In this document: piece by piece, positions 9,042 to 19,468 of the stretch
Layout: each line of letters opens with the position of its first letter
How positions within the stretch are numbered: the stretch's first letter is position 1
Source: Spirochaetia bacterium
GTDB taxonomy: Bacteria > Spirochaetota > Spirochaetia > SZUA-6 > Bin103
Direction of reading: 5' to 3'
NCBI GenBank assembly: GCA_965203055.1
Contig: OZ241863.1
Span: 2,176,001 to 2,240,000 of the forward strand
DNA: 64,000 nucleotides
Notes under the pieces: model-generated
The model's input: the letters and a program-made list of their open reading frames with translations, nothing else
Told to the model about the DNA's origin: nothing
Database searches by the model: none
Position numbers and translations under genes: made by a program

Positions 9042-10265
9042 TCAGCCGCGGTAGACGCGGGTGTCCGGGCGGAACGCGGCCCACGAGAACCAGAAGTGGT
9101 TCACGCTCACCACCGGACGCAGCCTGCTGCCCGCGAGCGGCCCGGCAGTCGCTGCGCCAAGCAGATTCCACGAGCTGGAGGTCTGCCGGTCGCGGATCCC
9201 GGCCCCGTCCCACTCGAACTCCAGGACGCGGCCGTCCAGCTCCCGGCTGAAGGCCGCGCCGGTGCCGACGTCGCGGCCGGCGGCGATGCTGGCCGAGTCG
9301 AGCGCGGAGGCGGTGCCCGCCTGCCAGAACACCGCGACCGCCTGCCCGGCCACCGTATCGTTGATCACCAGGCGCTCGGCCAGCACTTCGTACGGGTAGG
9401 CCACGGTGTCGCCATCCAGGTCCACCGACAACACCCGCGCCAGCGGCCGCAGCGCCGCCGGCGTGCGCGGTCCGCGGTAGAGGAACGGCGTGTTGTTCAC
9501 GTTGTCGTAGCCGGCGTAGGGATTGCGCCCATAGGCGCGCTGGTAGCCGGTATCGCGCGACAGCACCTCGGCGTGCGGGTAGCTGGCGCGGAACTCCTCC
9601 CAACTGATGATGTTGGCCGGATAGAACTCCAGCCGGCTGCCGGCGTAGCGGCCGGCGATCGCCTCACCGGTAGCCTGCTGCCACCAAGTCTCGGTCTGCC
9701 GGTCGTACATGATCAGGTTGCTGTAGCGCAGCCGCCCGGTGGTGCCGAAGTCGAGTATCTGCCCGTCGAACTCGCGCTTGAAGCCGATGGCGGTGTTGCA
9801 CAGCGGGCAGAACGTGACGGTGACGGGCACCCCGCCCACCTCGTCGTTGACGATCTCGTGCCAGGTAAGCACCTGCAGCGGGTAGGCCTTGGCCGTCTCG
9901 CCGACCTCCACCAGCACCACCGGTTCCTGCGCTCCGAGCCACGCCGCGGCGGCCTCGGCGGTGACGAAGCGAGGGGCGTCGAGCGCCGGAATCCCATCCT
10001 TGGGCGGTCCGCCGGAGAGAACTTCGGCGTAGGGCACGGTATGCCGGCTGAAGTCGGTGCGGAACTCCCGCGCCGCGCCGCGCGGCGGCGCCTCCTCCTC
10101 GAGCAGCGCCGGCGCCGGGGCGGCGGTGCCCGGGCGCGGCGCGGCGCCGGCCGGCGCTGCGCCGCCCGCCAGCAGCGCCAGGGCGAACAGCGGCAGCCCG
10201 CAGGCCCGAAACCAGCGGCCGGCGGGCGAAGCCGCGGCAACGCTTGTCGTCGTCGTACGTCTCAC
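9042..10265 (-). CDS. DUF3179 family exported protein (Cys version)
   Basis: Signal-peptide-like N-terminus; GGPPKDGIPALDAP, WHEIVND, TFCPLCNT, MYDRQTETWWQQ, FWFSWAAFRP. Confidence 0.88.
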   Translation of the reverse strand: MRRTTTTSVAAASPAGRWFRACGLPLFALALLAGGAAPAGAAPRPGTAAPAPALLEEEAPPRGAAREFRTDFSRHTVPYAEVLSGGPPKDGIPALDAPRFVTAEAAAAWLGAQEPVVLVEVGETAKAYPLQVLTWHEIVNDEVGGVPVTVTFCPLCNTAIGFKREFDGQILDFGTTGRLRYSNLIMYDRQTETWWQQATGEAIAGRYAGSRLEFYPANIISWEEFRASYPHAEVLSRDTGYQRAYGRNPYAGYDNVNNTPFLYRGPRTPAALRPLARVLSVDLDGDTVAYPYEVLAERLVINDTVAGQAVAVFWQAGTASALDSASIAAGRDVGTGAAFSRELDGRVLEFEWDGAGIRDRQTSSSWNLLGAATAGPLAGSRLRPVVSVNHFWFSWAAFRPDTRVYRG

Positions 10266-10412
10266 GGAGTGACGAAAGCCTACTCAAGCGCCGCCGGGAT
10301 TGCAAACGCACCGAGCATGCATGACAAAGACCTGCAACCAGCCACCCAAGCCAACCCGGCCGCGGCAGTTGACCAAGTGACGGTCGCGTTGAGATATTCC
10401 GTTTGCCTGCGA

Positions 10413-10484
<72 letters not shown>

Positions 10485-10553
10485 TACCGCCAGCCATTCG
10501 ATCACCTCATCGGCACCACTGCCCGGCGCAGCGCGGCTCCTGCGGGGGCGGCA

Positions 10554-10575
10554 GCGTCCCGCCGCGGCGGGACGC
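10554..10575. repeat. Perfect 22-bp palindrome downstream of tRNA-Glu (possible hairpin)
   Basis: gcgtcccgccg|cggcgggacgc; no U-tract follows. Confidence 0.5.
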
Positions 10576-10662
10576 CGGGAACTCGTGCGCCCGCGCTGCT
10601 GCCGATATTGGAAGTATGCCCCGTAACGGTACGCCGTAGCGGGGGCCCGCGCAGGCCCGGCG

Positions 10663-12108
10663 ATGAGAGGACGGCACATTCACTTGGTAGGGGCGAAGGG
10701 CACGGGGATGGCGGCCCTGGCCGAGATCCTGGCCGCGCGCGGCGCGTTGCTGAGCGGCTCGGACGTGGCCGACACCTTCCAGACCCAGGAGATTCTGGAT
10801 CGCCTGGGTCTGCGCCCCGGCGTCGGCTTTGCCGCCGCCGACCTGCCGGCGGACACCGATTGGGTGATTCATTCGGCCGCCTACGAACGCGGCGAGAATC
10901 CGCAACTGGTGGCCGCCGCGGCGCGCGGGATCCCGCTCTCCAGCTACCCCGAAGCGCTGGGCGAACTGTCCCGCGCGGCGACCTCGGTGGCGATTGCCGG
11001 GGTCCACGGCAAGACCACTACCACCGCGCTCTGCGGCCTGCTGGCGGCCGCCCTCGAGCTTCCGGCCACCGTGCTGACCGCCACCGGCGTGCCCAACTTC
11101 GGCGGCGGCGCTACCCTGCAGCTCGGTTCCACCTACCTGGTGGCGGAGACCTGCGAGTACCGAAGCCACTTCGCCAACTTTCAGGCGCGCCACCTGGTGA
11201 TCACGACGGTGGAGTTGGAGCACGTGGACGCGTTTCCGACGCGCGCCGCGGTGGAGGCCGCCTTCCTCGGCTTCGCCGGCTCGCTGCCGGCCGGGGGGTG
11301 CCTCATCTACTGCGCCGACGACCCCGGCGCGGCGCAGGTGGCGGCGGCGGTCGCCGGGCGGCGCCCCGACATCCGGCTGCGCCCCTACGGCGAGCGCGCG
11401 GCCGGCCCGCTGCGGATCAGCGGCGTGACGCTGGCGCCCGGCGCCACCCGCTTCCGCCTGGATTGCCTGCCGGACCCGATCACGCTGCGCGTCCCCGGGC
11501 GCCACAACACGGCCAACGCGGCCGCCGCGGTAGCGGCCGCCATGCTGTTGCTGGAGGAGGAGGGGCGCCCGCCGGACCGGGCCGCGCAGAGGGCCATGAC
11601 CCGCGCGCTGGCCGACTACCGCGGCGGCAAGCGGCGTACGGAACTGGTCGGCGAGTGCCGCGGCGTCCTGATCATGGACGACTACGCGCATCACCCCACC
11701 GAGTTGACCACCACGCTGGCCGGTCTGCGCGCGTTCTATCCCGGGCGCCGGATCGTGGTGGACTTCATGAGCCACACCGTCTCCCGCACGCTGGCGCTGC
11801 TGGCCGACTTCGGCGCCGCGTTCGCGGCCGCCGACGAGGTGCTCCTGCATCCGGTCTACGGCTCCGCGCGGGAGGAGGGGGCTGCAGCCGCGGCCGGCGC
11901 GCGCGCCGGCCGCGCGCTGTTCCGCGCGGTGGCGCGCCATCATCCGCGGGCGCGCTACTGCGAGACGCCGGACGCCGCCGCGGCCTACCTGGCCGCCACC
12001 CTGGGCCGCGGCGACCTGCTGGTCACCATGGGCGCGGGGGACAACTGGCGCGTCGGGCGCGAGGCGCTGCGGCGGCTGCGGCGCGCCGCCCGCGGAGGCG
12101 GCGGATGA
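10663..12108 (+). CDS. murC: UDP-N-acetylmuramate--L-alanine ligase
   Basis: IHLVGAKGTGM, AGVHGKTTTT, PGRHN, DDYAHHPTE, TMGAGD. Confidence 0.93.
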   Translation: MRGRHIHLVGAKGTGMAALAEILAARGALLSGSDVADTFQTQEILDRLGLRPGVGFAAADLPADTDWVIHSAAYERGENPQLVAAAARGIPLSSYPEALGELSRAATSVAIAGVHGKTTTTALCGLLAAALELPATVLTATGVPNFGGGATLQLGSTYLVAETCEYRSHFANFQARHLVITTVELEHVDAFPTRAAVEAAFLGFAGSLPAGGCLIYCADDPGAAQVAAAVAGRRPDIRLRPYGERAAGPLRISGVTLAPGATRFRLDCLPDPITLRVPGRHNTANAAAAVAAAMLLLEEEGRPPDRAAQRAMTRALADYRGGKRRTELVGECRGVLIMDDYAHHPTELTTTLAGLRAFYPGRRIVVDFMSHTVSRTLALLADFGAAFAAADEVLLHPVYGSAREEGAAAAAGARAGRALFRAVARHHPRARYCETPDAAAAYLAATLGRGDLLVTMGAGDNWRVGREALRRLRRAARGGGG

Positions 12109-12965
12109 AGAGCATGACCGGCTTTGGCCGCGCCGAGCACGCCGCGCCGCGGTGGCGCATAAGCGTGGAGATCAAGTCCTACAACAGCCGCTTCCTGGAG
12201 ACCAGTCTCAGCGTCCCGGCGGGCTTCGCGGAGTTGGAACCGCGCCTGCGCAGCGCGGTCGCGGAACGGGTGGCGCGCGGGCGCGTCGAACTGTCGCTGG
12301 CGCTGCAGGATCTGACCGATGCGCTGCAGGTGACCGTCGATACCGCCTCCGCGCGGGCCTACTTCGCGGCGCTGCAGGATCTGGCGGCGCTGGTCGGCGG
12401 CGGTCCGGTGACCTTGGGCCACCTGTTGGCCGTGGGCGGATTCTTCGGCGAGCAGCGCGCGCCGCGGGTCGAGGAAGCGTGGCGCGAATGCCAGCTACCG
12501 CTGCGGCAGGCGTTCGCCCGGCTGGAGGCCGCGCGCGCCCGCGACGGCGCCGTGACCGCCGAGGATCTGGCCCGGCTGCTGGCGCTGCTCGAGGAAGAGG
12601 TGGGCGTCATTGAACGCGAGGCGCCCCCGGCGGCGCAACGCATGCACGCCGCGATGGCGGCCCGGGTACGTGAATTGCTGGCCGAGTCGGTGGACGAGGG
12701 CCGGCTGATCGCGGCGCTGGCTGCGGTCCTCGCCAAGGCCGACGTCAACGAAGAACTGGTGCGGTTGCGCGGCCATCTGGACGCGTTCCGGCACGCGCTT
12801 GGCGCCGGCGAACCCGCCAAGAAGCTGGAGTTCATCTGTCAGGAAATGATGCGCGAGGTCAACACGATCGCCGCCAAGGGTTCCGCCTACGCCATGAGCG
12901 CCGCGGCGGTGCGGGCCAAGACCGCCATCGAGCGCATGCGCGAGCACCTGCGCAACGTCGAGTAG
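12105..12965 (+). CDS. yicC: YicC/YloC family endoribonuclease
   Basis: MKSMTGFGRAE start overlapping the murC stop; DVNEELVRLRGH; KLEFICQEMMREVNTI..K; REHLRNVE end. Confidence 0.93.
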   Translation: MKSMTGFGRAEHAAPRWRISVEIKSYNSRFLETSLSVPAGFAELEPRLRSAVAERVARGRVELSLALQDLTDALQVTVDTASARAYFAALQDLAALVGGGPVTLGHLLAVGGFFGEQRAPRVEEAWRECQLPLRQAFARLEAARARDGAVTAEDLARLLALLEEEVGVIEREAPPAAQRMHAAMAARVRELLAESVDEGRLIAALAAVLAKADVNEELVRLRGHLDAFRHALGAGEPAKKLEFICQEMMREVNTIAAKGSAYAMSAAAVRAKTAIERMREHLRNVE

Positions 12966-13489
12966 TGCGCATCGCGATCTCCGGCAAGAGCGGGTGCGGG
13001 AACTCCACCGTGTCGCGCCTGGTGGCGCGGCGCCTTGGCCTGCGGTTGATCAACTTCACCTTCAAGGACCTGGCGGCGGAGTATCGGGTCAGCTTCGCCG
13101 AGCTGCACCGGCGGGCGGCGCACGACCCCTCGATCGACCGCCTCCTGGACCGGCGCCAACTGGCCGCGGCCGCGGCCGGTAACTGCGTGCTCGGTTCGCG
13201 GCTCGCCATCTGGTTGCTCGAGGACGCCGACCTGAAGGTGTATCTGGCGGGAGAGCCGCACGTACGGGCGCGGCGCATCGCGCGGCGCGAGGGCATACCG
13301 TACGCCGCGGCGCTGGCCGCCATGAACGCCCGCGACGACCAGGACCGCGCGCGTTACCTCGAGCGCTACGCCATCGACATCGACCGCTGCGAGCACGCCG
13401 ATCTGACGTTGGACACGGCAAGCCGGGACCAGTTCCAGGTGGCATCTGCCATCGTGGCCGCGGCCGAGGTACCCGACTGCGGCGAATAG
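12965..13489 (+). CDS. cmk: Cytidylate kinase family protein (short archaeal/spirochaete type)
   Basis: IAISGKSGCGNSTVS, NFTF, CVLGSRLAIW, DLKVYL. Confidence 0.8.
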   Translation: MRIAISGKSGCGNSTVSRLVARRLGLRLINFTFKDLAAEYRVSFAELHRRAAHDPSIDRLLDRRQLAAAAAGNCVLGSRLAIWLLEDADLKVYLAGEPHVRARRIARREGIPYAAALAAMNARDDQDRARYLERYAIDIDRCEHADLTLDTASRDQFQVASAIVAAAEVPDCGE

Positions 13490-13504
13490 CGATATTGTAT
13501 AGTC

Positions 13505-13696
13505 GTGATACTGCCACTCACGCTGCTCGTCCGCAACGTAGACAACCGCTACGAGCTCGCCGCCGCGGCCATGCGCCGGGCCCATCATCTCACGATCATC
13601 GGCGATGACGACGTGGAGACCAACCGCGGCAAGGTGGTCTCCACCGCCGTCAAGCAGATCCTCACCCGCAAGGTAAAGTACGAGATCGAACGGTAG
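13505..13696 (+). CDS. rpoZ: RNA polymerase omega subunit (spirochaete type)
   Basis: 63 aa; NRYEL...AMRRA...KVVSTAVKQIL; lies between cmk and miaA. Confidence 0.8.
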   Translation: MILPLTLLVRNVDNRYELAAAAMRRAHHLTIIGDDDVETNRGKVVSTAVKQILTRKVKYEIER

Positions 13697-13727
13697 CGGC
13701 TCGGAGGGCGGGCGGCAGCAGCCGCCG

Positions 13728-14687
13728 GTGGCGTTGCTGATCGGCGCCACCGCGGTCGGCAAGTCGGCGCTGCTGCAGGAGCTGGCCGAGCGCCTGGAGG
13801 CCTGCCGCGTCGAGGTAATCAACGCCGACTCACGCCAAGTGTACCGCGGCCTGGACATCGGCACGGCCAAGCCGCCGCCCGGGCTGCGCCGCCGGGTGCC
13901 GCACCACTTGATCGACGTCGCCGCGCCCGAGGCGCAGTTCACGGCCGGCGACTTCGTGCGCGCCGCGCACCGCCTGGTGGCCGACATCCACCGGCGCGGC
14001 GGGCTGCCGTTGATCGCCGGCGGCGCGGCGTTCTACCTCTGGTCGTTCCTGCACGGTCTGCCGGCGGCGCCGCCGGCAGACCCGGAGTTGCGCGGGAAGC
14101 TGCAGCAGCGCGCCCGCCGCGAGGGAGCGGACGCGCTGCACCGCGAGTTGGCGCTGCGCGATCCCGCGGCCGCGGCCCGGCTTCCCGCCGCAGACACCAA
14201 CCGCGTGGTGCGCGCCCTGGAGGTATACCGGCTCAGCGGACGACCCTGGTCGACCTTCCGCCCCCCGCAGGCCATGCGCCGCGACTACCCGCTGCTCATA
14301 CTGGGGCTGCAGCGCGAGCGGCCCGCCCTGTATGCCCGCATCGACCGGCGGGTAGAGCAGATGTTCCGCGCCGGGCTGGCCGCCGAGGTGGCGGCGTTGC
14401 GCGCCCGCGGCTACCACGCCGGCACCCCCGGCCTGCGCAGCATCGGCTACGCCGAGTTCTTCCACGAGCCCGCGCCGGCGGCGCGGCGCGCGCTGATTCA
14501 GCGCAACACCCGCCGCTTCGCCAAGCGGCAGATCACCTTCTTTCGCCGCTTCCCGGAGGTGCGCTGGTACCACGCCGACGACGCGCGCGGCGTGGCGGCT
14601 GCCCTGCAGAGCTTCCTCCGCGGCGCGCCGGCGGCACCGCCGGCGGAGGTCCCGCTCAGCCGCTCTTGCCGGCCTTCGGGGCGGTAA
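13728..14687 (+). CDS. miaA: tRNA dimethylallyltransferase
   Basis: GATAVGKS, ADSRQVYRGLDIGTAKP, PHHLID, SIGY, TRRFAKRQITF. Confidence 0.96.
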   Translation: MALLIGATAVGKSALLQELAERLEACRVEVINADSRQVYRGLDIGTAKPPPGLRRRVPHHLIDVAAPEAQFTAGDFVRAAHRLVADIHRRGGLPLIAGGAAFYLWSFLHGLPAAPPADPELRGKLQQRARREGADALHRELALRDPAAAARLPAADTNRVVRALEVYRLSGRPWSTFRPPQAMRRDYPLLILGLQRERPALYARIDRRVEQMFRAGLAAEVAALRARGYHAGTPGLRSIGYAEFFHEPAPAARRALIQRNTRRFAKRQITFFRRFPEVRWYHADDARGVAAALQSFLRGAPAAPPAEVPLSRSCRPSGR

Positions 14688-15471
14688 TGGTCCGGGTCAG
14701 AATCGCGAACGCCTCGTCGACGTCGTCCACCAGATGGATCAGCTTCCGGTCTTCGGCGCTGATCGTGCCCCACTCCAGGAGCTTCTCGAAGTTCACTACG
14801 TCGTTCCAGTATTCGCGCCCGTAGACGATCACCTCCACCGGGCGCTGCACCTTGCGGGTCTGCAGCAGCGTCAACACCTCGAACAATTCGTCCATGGTGC
14901 CGTAGCCGCCGGGGAACACCACCAACGCGCGCGCCAGATACATGAACCAGAACTTGCGCATGAAGAAGTAATGGAACTCCACCGCCAGCCCCGGGCTGAT
15001 GTAGCGGTTGGGCAGCGGCTCATGCGGCAGGCTGATGGTCAGTCCGACGCTCTGGCCGCCGGCCTCGGCGGCGCCGCGGTTGGCCGCCTCCATCATCCCG
15101 GGACCGCCCCCGGAGCACACCACCAGTTCGCCTTCCGCGCCGGACTCCTTGGTCCACGAGGTTACCTTGCGGGCCAGCGCGCGGGCGTCTTCGTAGTAGG
15201 CGGCGAGGCGGATCTGGCGTTGCGCGTGGCGCATCTCGGCGCGCCCGGCGCCGGAGCGGCGGCCGGAAGCGAGCGCGCCGTAGCGCTCTTCCGCCTCCGC
15301 CAGCGAGCGGGCGCTGGTGGAACCGAAGAACACGATGGCGCTGCGGATCCGGCGGCGGCGCAGGCGCGCCTGCGGCTCCAGGTACTCGGACAGAATGCGC
15401 AGCTCGCGCGCGTCGCGGCTGCGCAGAAACGGCAGGTTCTCATATGCCTTCTTGATGCTGGAATCAGCCAT
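14656..15471 (-). CDS. LOG family nucleotide phosphoribohydrolase (TIGR00730 type)
   Basis: [33 protein letters not shown]. Confidence 0.92.
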   Translation of the reverse strand: MADSSIKKAYENLPFLRSRDARELRILSEYLEPQARLRRRRIRSAIVFFGSTSARSLAEAEERYGALASGRRSGAGRAEMRHAQRQIRLAAYYEDARALARKVTSWTKESGAEGELVVCSGGGPGMMEAANRGAAEAGGQSVGLTISLPHEPLPNRYISPGLAVEFHYFFMRKFWFMYLARALVVFPGGYGTMDELFEVLTLLQTRKVQRPVEVIVYGREYWNDVVNFEKLLEWGTISAEDRKLIHLVDDVDEAFAILTRTITAPKAGKSG

Positions 15472-16381
15472 GGGTGGGAAGCGCCCTCCTGGCGCCGGTC
15501 GGCTCCGGTCCGAGGCCCGCGAGCACCTCGCGCATGGTCTCGCCGATCGCCGCGGGTGACTCGACCACCGCGGCGCCGGCCGCGCGCAGCGCCTGCTGCT
15601 TGGCGCGGGCGGTGCCGGCGGCGCCCGCTATGATCGCCCCCGCATGCCCCATGCGGCGTCCGGGCGGGGCGCTCGCGCCGGCGATGAAGGCCACCACCGG
15701 CTTGCTCATGGCGGTGACGTACTCCGCCGCCTCCTGTTCCGCGGTACCGCCGATCTCGCCGATCAGCACCACCGCCCGGGTCGCCGGATCGGCCTCGAAC
15801 AACTCCAGCGCCTCCCGCTGCGAGGTGCCGATCACCGGGTCGCCGCCAACCCCTACGCTCCCCGACTGCCCGATTCCGAGGCGCGTCAACTGGTCCACCG
15901 CCTCGTAGACCAGGGTGCCGGAGCGGGAGATCACGCCCACCTCGCCCGGCCGGTAGACCGCGGGCGGCATGATGCCGGCCCGAGCGCGGAACTTGGGCGC
16001 GATGACGCCGGGGCAGTTGGGGCCGACCAGCCGGGTCCCGCTACCCCGCAGGCAGCGCTTGACCTGCACCATGTCGCGGGTGGGGACGTACTCGGTGATG
16101 CAGATCACCACCGGGACGCCGGCGTCGGCGGCTTCCAGAATGGCGTCCGCGGCATGCGGGGCGGGGACGAAGATCAGCGCCACGTTGGCTCCCTGCTCCG
16201 CCGCGGCCGCGCGTACCGTGTCGTACACCGGCGTGTCCTCCAGCCGCTGGCCGCCGCGCCCGGGGGTGACGGCCGCCACCACCTTGGTGCCGTAGGCGCG
16301 GCTGATACGCGCCTGAAGCTGGCCGGCGCGGCCGAATCCCTGGATCAGGATGCGGCTCGATCGGTTCAGCAATACCGCCAC
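15464..16381 (-). CDS. sucD: Succinyl-CoA synthetase alpha subunit
   Basis: GTG start [40 protein letters not shown] (phospho-His). Confidence 0.96.
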   Translation of the reverse strand: MAVLLNRSSRILIQGFGRAGQLQARISRAYGTKVVAAVTPGRGGQRLEDTPVYDTVRAAAAEQGANVALIFVPAPHAADAILEAADAGVPVVICITEYVPTRDMVQVKRCLRGSGTRLVGPNCPGVIAPKFRARAGIMPPAVYRPGEVGVISRSGTLVYEAVDQLTRLGIGQSGSVGVGGDPVIGTSQREALELFEADPATRAVVLIGEIGGTAEQEAAEYVTAMSKPVVAFIAGASAPPGRRMGHAGAIIAGAAGTARAKQQALRAAGAAVVESPAAIGETMREVLAGLGPEPTGARRALPTHG

Positions 16382-16383
16382 CT

Positions 16384-17553
16384 TCAGCCTCCTGCGCGCG
16401 CCGCCGCGACCGCGGCGCGCGCCGCCTCGGCGAACCCGTCGGCGCGGGTCAGCTCGACGCCGGCCGCGTCGAGCACCGCCAGGCCCTGGTCGACGTTGGT
16501 ACCGGCGAGCCGTACCACGGTGGGCTGCGGCAGGTCGCCGCGCGACTTCGCCGCCACCAGCCCGGCCGCGATCACGTCGGTGCGCGCCAAGCCGCCGAAG
16601 ACGTTGATCAGCACGGCGCGCACCTCGGGGTCGGCGCCGATGATGCCGAGGGCGGCGACGACCGCTTCCTGCCGGTTGGCGGTGCCGATGTCCAGGAAGT
16701 TGGCCGGCTCCCCGCCCGCCAACTTGATCGCGTCCAGCGTAGCCATGGCCAGTCCGGCGCCATTCACCAGACAACCGATGCTACCCTCCAGCTTGACGTA
16801 GTTGTCGATGCCGGCGTCGTGCGCCTGCAGCTCCCGTTCCTCCTCCTGACTGCGGTCGCGCAGCCGGGCCAGCTCCGGCTGCCGGAACAGCGCGTTGTCG
16901 TCCACCGCGAACTTGGCGTCGCCGGCCAGCAGGCGGCCGTCCGCGGCAACCACCAGCGGATTGACCTCTATCATGCTGGCATCGCTGGCCTCGAACGCGG
17001 CCACCAGCGCGCCGAGCAGCCGGGTGGCAGGCCGCAACAGGTCGCCGTCCAGCCCCAAGGCCCCGGCCAGCGCCCGGGCCTGAAACGGCTGCAGCCCGCA
17101 GGCAGGATCGACGTACGCGCGCTCAAGCGCCTCCGGCCGCGCCGCGGCGACCTCTTCGATCTCCATGCCGCCCGCGGCCGAAGCGATCACCACCGGCAAG
17201 CCGACCGAGTTGTCGATGGCCACGCTGAGATAGAGTTCGCGCGCGATGGCGACCCGTTCCTCGACCAGCAGCGCGGCTACCGGCAGACCGCCGGGACCGG
17301 TCTGGTTGGTGACCAGGCGCGCGCCCAGCAGGTCGCGCGCCGCGGCGCCCGCCTCCGCCGGCGTCGCCGCCAGTCTGATGCCGCCCGCCTTGCCACGCGC
17401 GCCGGTGTGCGCCTGCGCCTTGACCACGCAGCCGCGCGGCAGCTCGGCGGCGGCGGCCTCCGCCTGCGCGGCGCTGCGCGCCACGCGCCCGCGCGGCACG
17501 CTCACGCCATACCGCGCCAACAGTTCCTTGGCCTGATACTCGTGCAGCTTCAC
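16384..17553 (-). CDS. sucC: Succinyl-CoA synthetase beta subunit
   Basis: [11 protein letters not shown]...[32 protein letters not shown]. Confidence 0.96.
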   Translation of the reverse strand: MKLHEYQAKELLARYGVSVPRGRVARSAAQAEAAAAELPRGCVVKAQAHTGARGKAGGIRLAATPAEAGAAARDLLGARLVTNQTGPGGLPVAALLVEERVAIARELYLSVAIDNSVGLPVVIASAAGGMEIEEVAAARPEALERAYVDPACGLQPFQARALAGALGLDGDLLRPATRLLGALVAAFEASDASMIEVNPLVVAADGRLLAGDAKFAVDDNALFRQPELARLRDRSQEEERELQAHDAGIDNYVKLEGSIGCLVNGAGLAMATLDAIKLAGGEPANFLDIGTANRQEAVVAALGIIGADPEVRAVLINVFGGLARTDVIAAGLVAAKSRGDLPQPTVVRLAGTNVDQGLAVLDAAGVELTRADGFAEAARAAVAAARAGG

Positions 17554-17653
17554 CTTTGCACTCTCATCGCCGGGTATCCAATCCGGTCGGCGCGGGGCTG
17601 TCAACGCGCCCCGCCGGGGAGGACAGACGGCGGCCGCGCGCTGCGGGTGCCGC

Positions 17654-19174
17654 TTATGGCCGCAGGCCGATGGTCAGACGCCGGCCGCGGCGCAGGACGC
17701 GCACCAGGTACTCATCCTCGCCGCCGTCGCCCAGGATGCGGAAGAAGTCGGCGGCATCGCGGATGGCGGCGCCGTTGATGTGGGTGATCAGGTCCATCTG
17801 GCGGAAGCCGGCGATGGCCGCCGCCCCGGTCTCGTTGACTTGCCCCACCAGCACCCCGCGCCGGCTGCCGCCGATGCCGAGCTGCTCCCGCGCCCGATCG
17901 CTCAGATTGGCGGCCGCCACGTGGACCGGAAAGATACCCGGCCAATCGCGCACCGCGCGCTGGCCGTCGTCGTCCCGCAAGGCCACGCGCACCCGCAACC
18001 GGACCGGCCGGCCGTCGCGCACCACCTCGAAGTTGCTGTCCCGGCCCGGCTCCAGCGCGCCGACGGTTCGTATCAGCTCCGCGCTGCCGGTAACCGCGGC
18101 TCCGTCGACGTGGGTCACCCAGTCGCCGGGGCGCAAGCCGCCGCGCGCGGCCGGCGAGTTTTCGATCACGCTCCAGGCCAGCGCGCCGTCCACGTCGGCG
18201 ACGCCCAGCGCGCTCCGCATCGCGTCGCTGGCCGAGCTGACGAACGCCCCCAGATACCCGTAACGCACGGCGCCGGATTCGATCAGATCGCGGACGCCGC
18301 GCTTGGCGGCGTTGATCGGCAGGGCAAACCCGACGCCGGCGCTGACACCGCTGCGGGACGCGATCCAGGTGTTGACGCCGATCACCTCCCCCTGCAGGTT
18401 GACCAGCGCGCCGCCCGAGTTGCCGGGGTTGATGGCGGCGTCGGTCTGGATGTACTGGGCGATGTTGAGACCGTCGAGACGGCTAGATGGTTCCCGTTCG
18501 AGCGCGCTCACGATGCCGGACGTGACACTCGACTGGAACCCGAACGGGCTGCCGACCGCCAGCACCAGGTCGCCCACCAGCAGCCGGCTCGAGTCCCCGA
18601 GGCGGGCCAGGGGCAGCCCGTCCGGGCCGCGGAACGCGATCACGGCGATGTCCTGCCGCGGGTCGCGGCCCACCAGTTGGGCGCTGAAGTCGCGCCCGTC
18701 GTCCAGGGTCACCGTGATGCCCTCCGCGGCCACGATCACGTGGTTGTTGGTCAGTACGTAGTAGAGGGTGCCGGTGTTGCTGACGATGATGCCCGAGCCG
18801 GTGCCGCCGGGCACCTCCGGCCGGCCGAACTCCGGCACCCGGCGCGGCGCAAAGTCGAAGCGGCTGCGACTGCCGGGCGGCAGCGTGGTTTCGATCTTGA
18901 CCACTACCGGCCGCACGGAAGCGGCGACCTGCCGAAACGAAGCCTGAATTTCCTGCAGCAACGCCATGCCGGAACTCTGTCCCGGCAACGCCGCTGCGGC
19001 CGGTGACGACACCGGGACCTCCGCGGCCGGCGCCAGCGGCTCGAAGGAGGAGGGAGCGCTGTCGTTCGGGTCATCGAAGATGCCGGCCGCGGCCGCGGCG
19101 GCCGCGCTCAGCAAGAGCCCGGCGCCTACCGCAATGAGACGCGGCGACAAGCGGATACGTGCCTGGTCAACCAT
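17654..19174 (-). CDS. htrA: HtrA/DegP-family serine protease with two PDZ domains
   Basis: TNNHV, DIAVI and QTDAAINPGNSGG catalytic triad motifs; two PDZ-like regions. Confidence 0.93.
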   Translation of the reverse strand: MVDQARIRLSPRLIAVGAGLLLSAAAAAAAGIFDDPNDSAPSSFEPLAPAAEVPVSSPAAAALPGQSSGMALLQEIQASFRQVAASVRPVVVKIETTLPPGSRSRFDFAPRRVPEFGRPEVPGGTGSGIIVSNTGTLYYVLTNNHVIVAAEGITVTLDDGRDFSAQLVGRDPRQDIAVIAFRGPDGLPLARLGDSSRLLVGDLVLAVGSPFGFQSSVTSGIVSALEREPSSRLDGLNIAQYIQTDAAINPGNSGGALVNLQGEVIGVNTWIASRSGVSAGVGFALPINAAKRGVRDLIESGAVRYGYLGAFVSSASDAMRSALGVADVDGALAWSVIENSPAARGGLRPGDWVTHVDGAAVTGSAELIRTVGALEPGRDSNFEVVRDGRPVRLRVRVALRDDDGQRAVRDWPGIFPVHVAAANLSDRAREQLGIGGSRRGVLVGQVNETGAAAIAGFRQMDLITHINGAAIRDAADFFRILGDGGEDEYLVRVLRRGRRLTIGLRP

Positions 19175-19209
19175 GGTCCTGAACCTCGTTGCTCATTCGT
19201 GTCGATACC

Positions 19210-19257
19210 ATTGTAGAGAACCGCGGCCACGTTGCCTCGCAGTTAACCTGCCGTTAA
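19210..19257 (-). promoter_or_regulatory. htrA -10 box (TACAAT) with upstream 11-bp-periodic GTTAA direct repeat
   Basis: attgta at 19210-19215; gttaa at 19242 and 19253. Confidence 0.45.
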
Positions 19258-19468
19258 GGAGCGGCAACATCAGGCCGGCTCGGTGGCCGTCACGGCGGCG
19301 TCACGGCGGCCAACGACACGACGCCGTACCGGCGATTGAGGCGCGGATAGTCGAGCGCCTCGCAGTCGGCCAGTGCGGTGACCACGGCTTCCTGAAAGAA
19401 GTTGGCGTCTCGCCACCCGCTTGCGAATCAGATAAAATCGTATACATGTTGTACCCGACCGAGTACGC

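Noticed and set aside
9042..10265. Selenoprotein version of DUF3179
   Set aside because: CPLC is encoded with Cys codons and there is no in-frame TGA.
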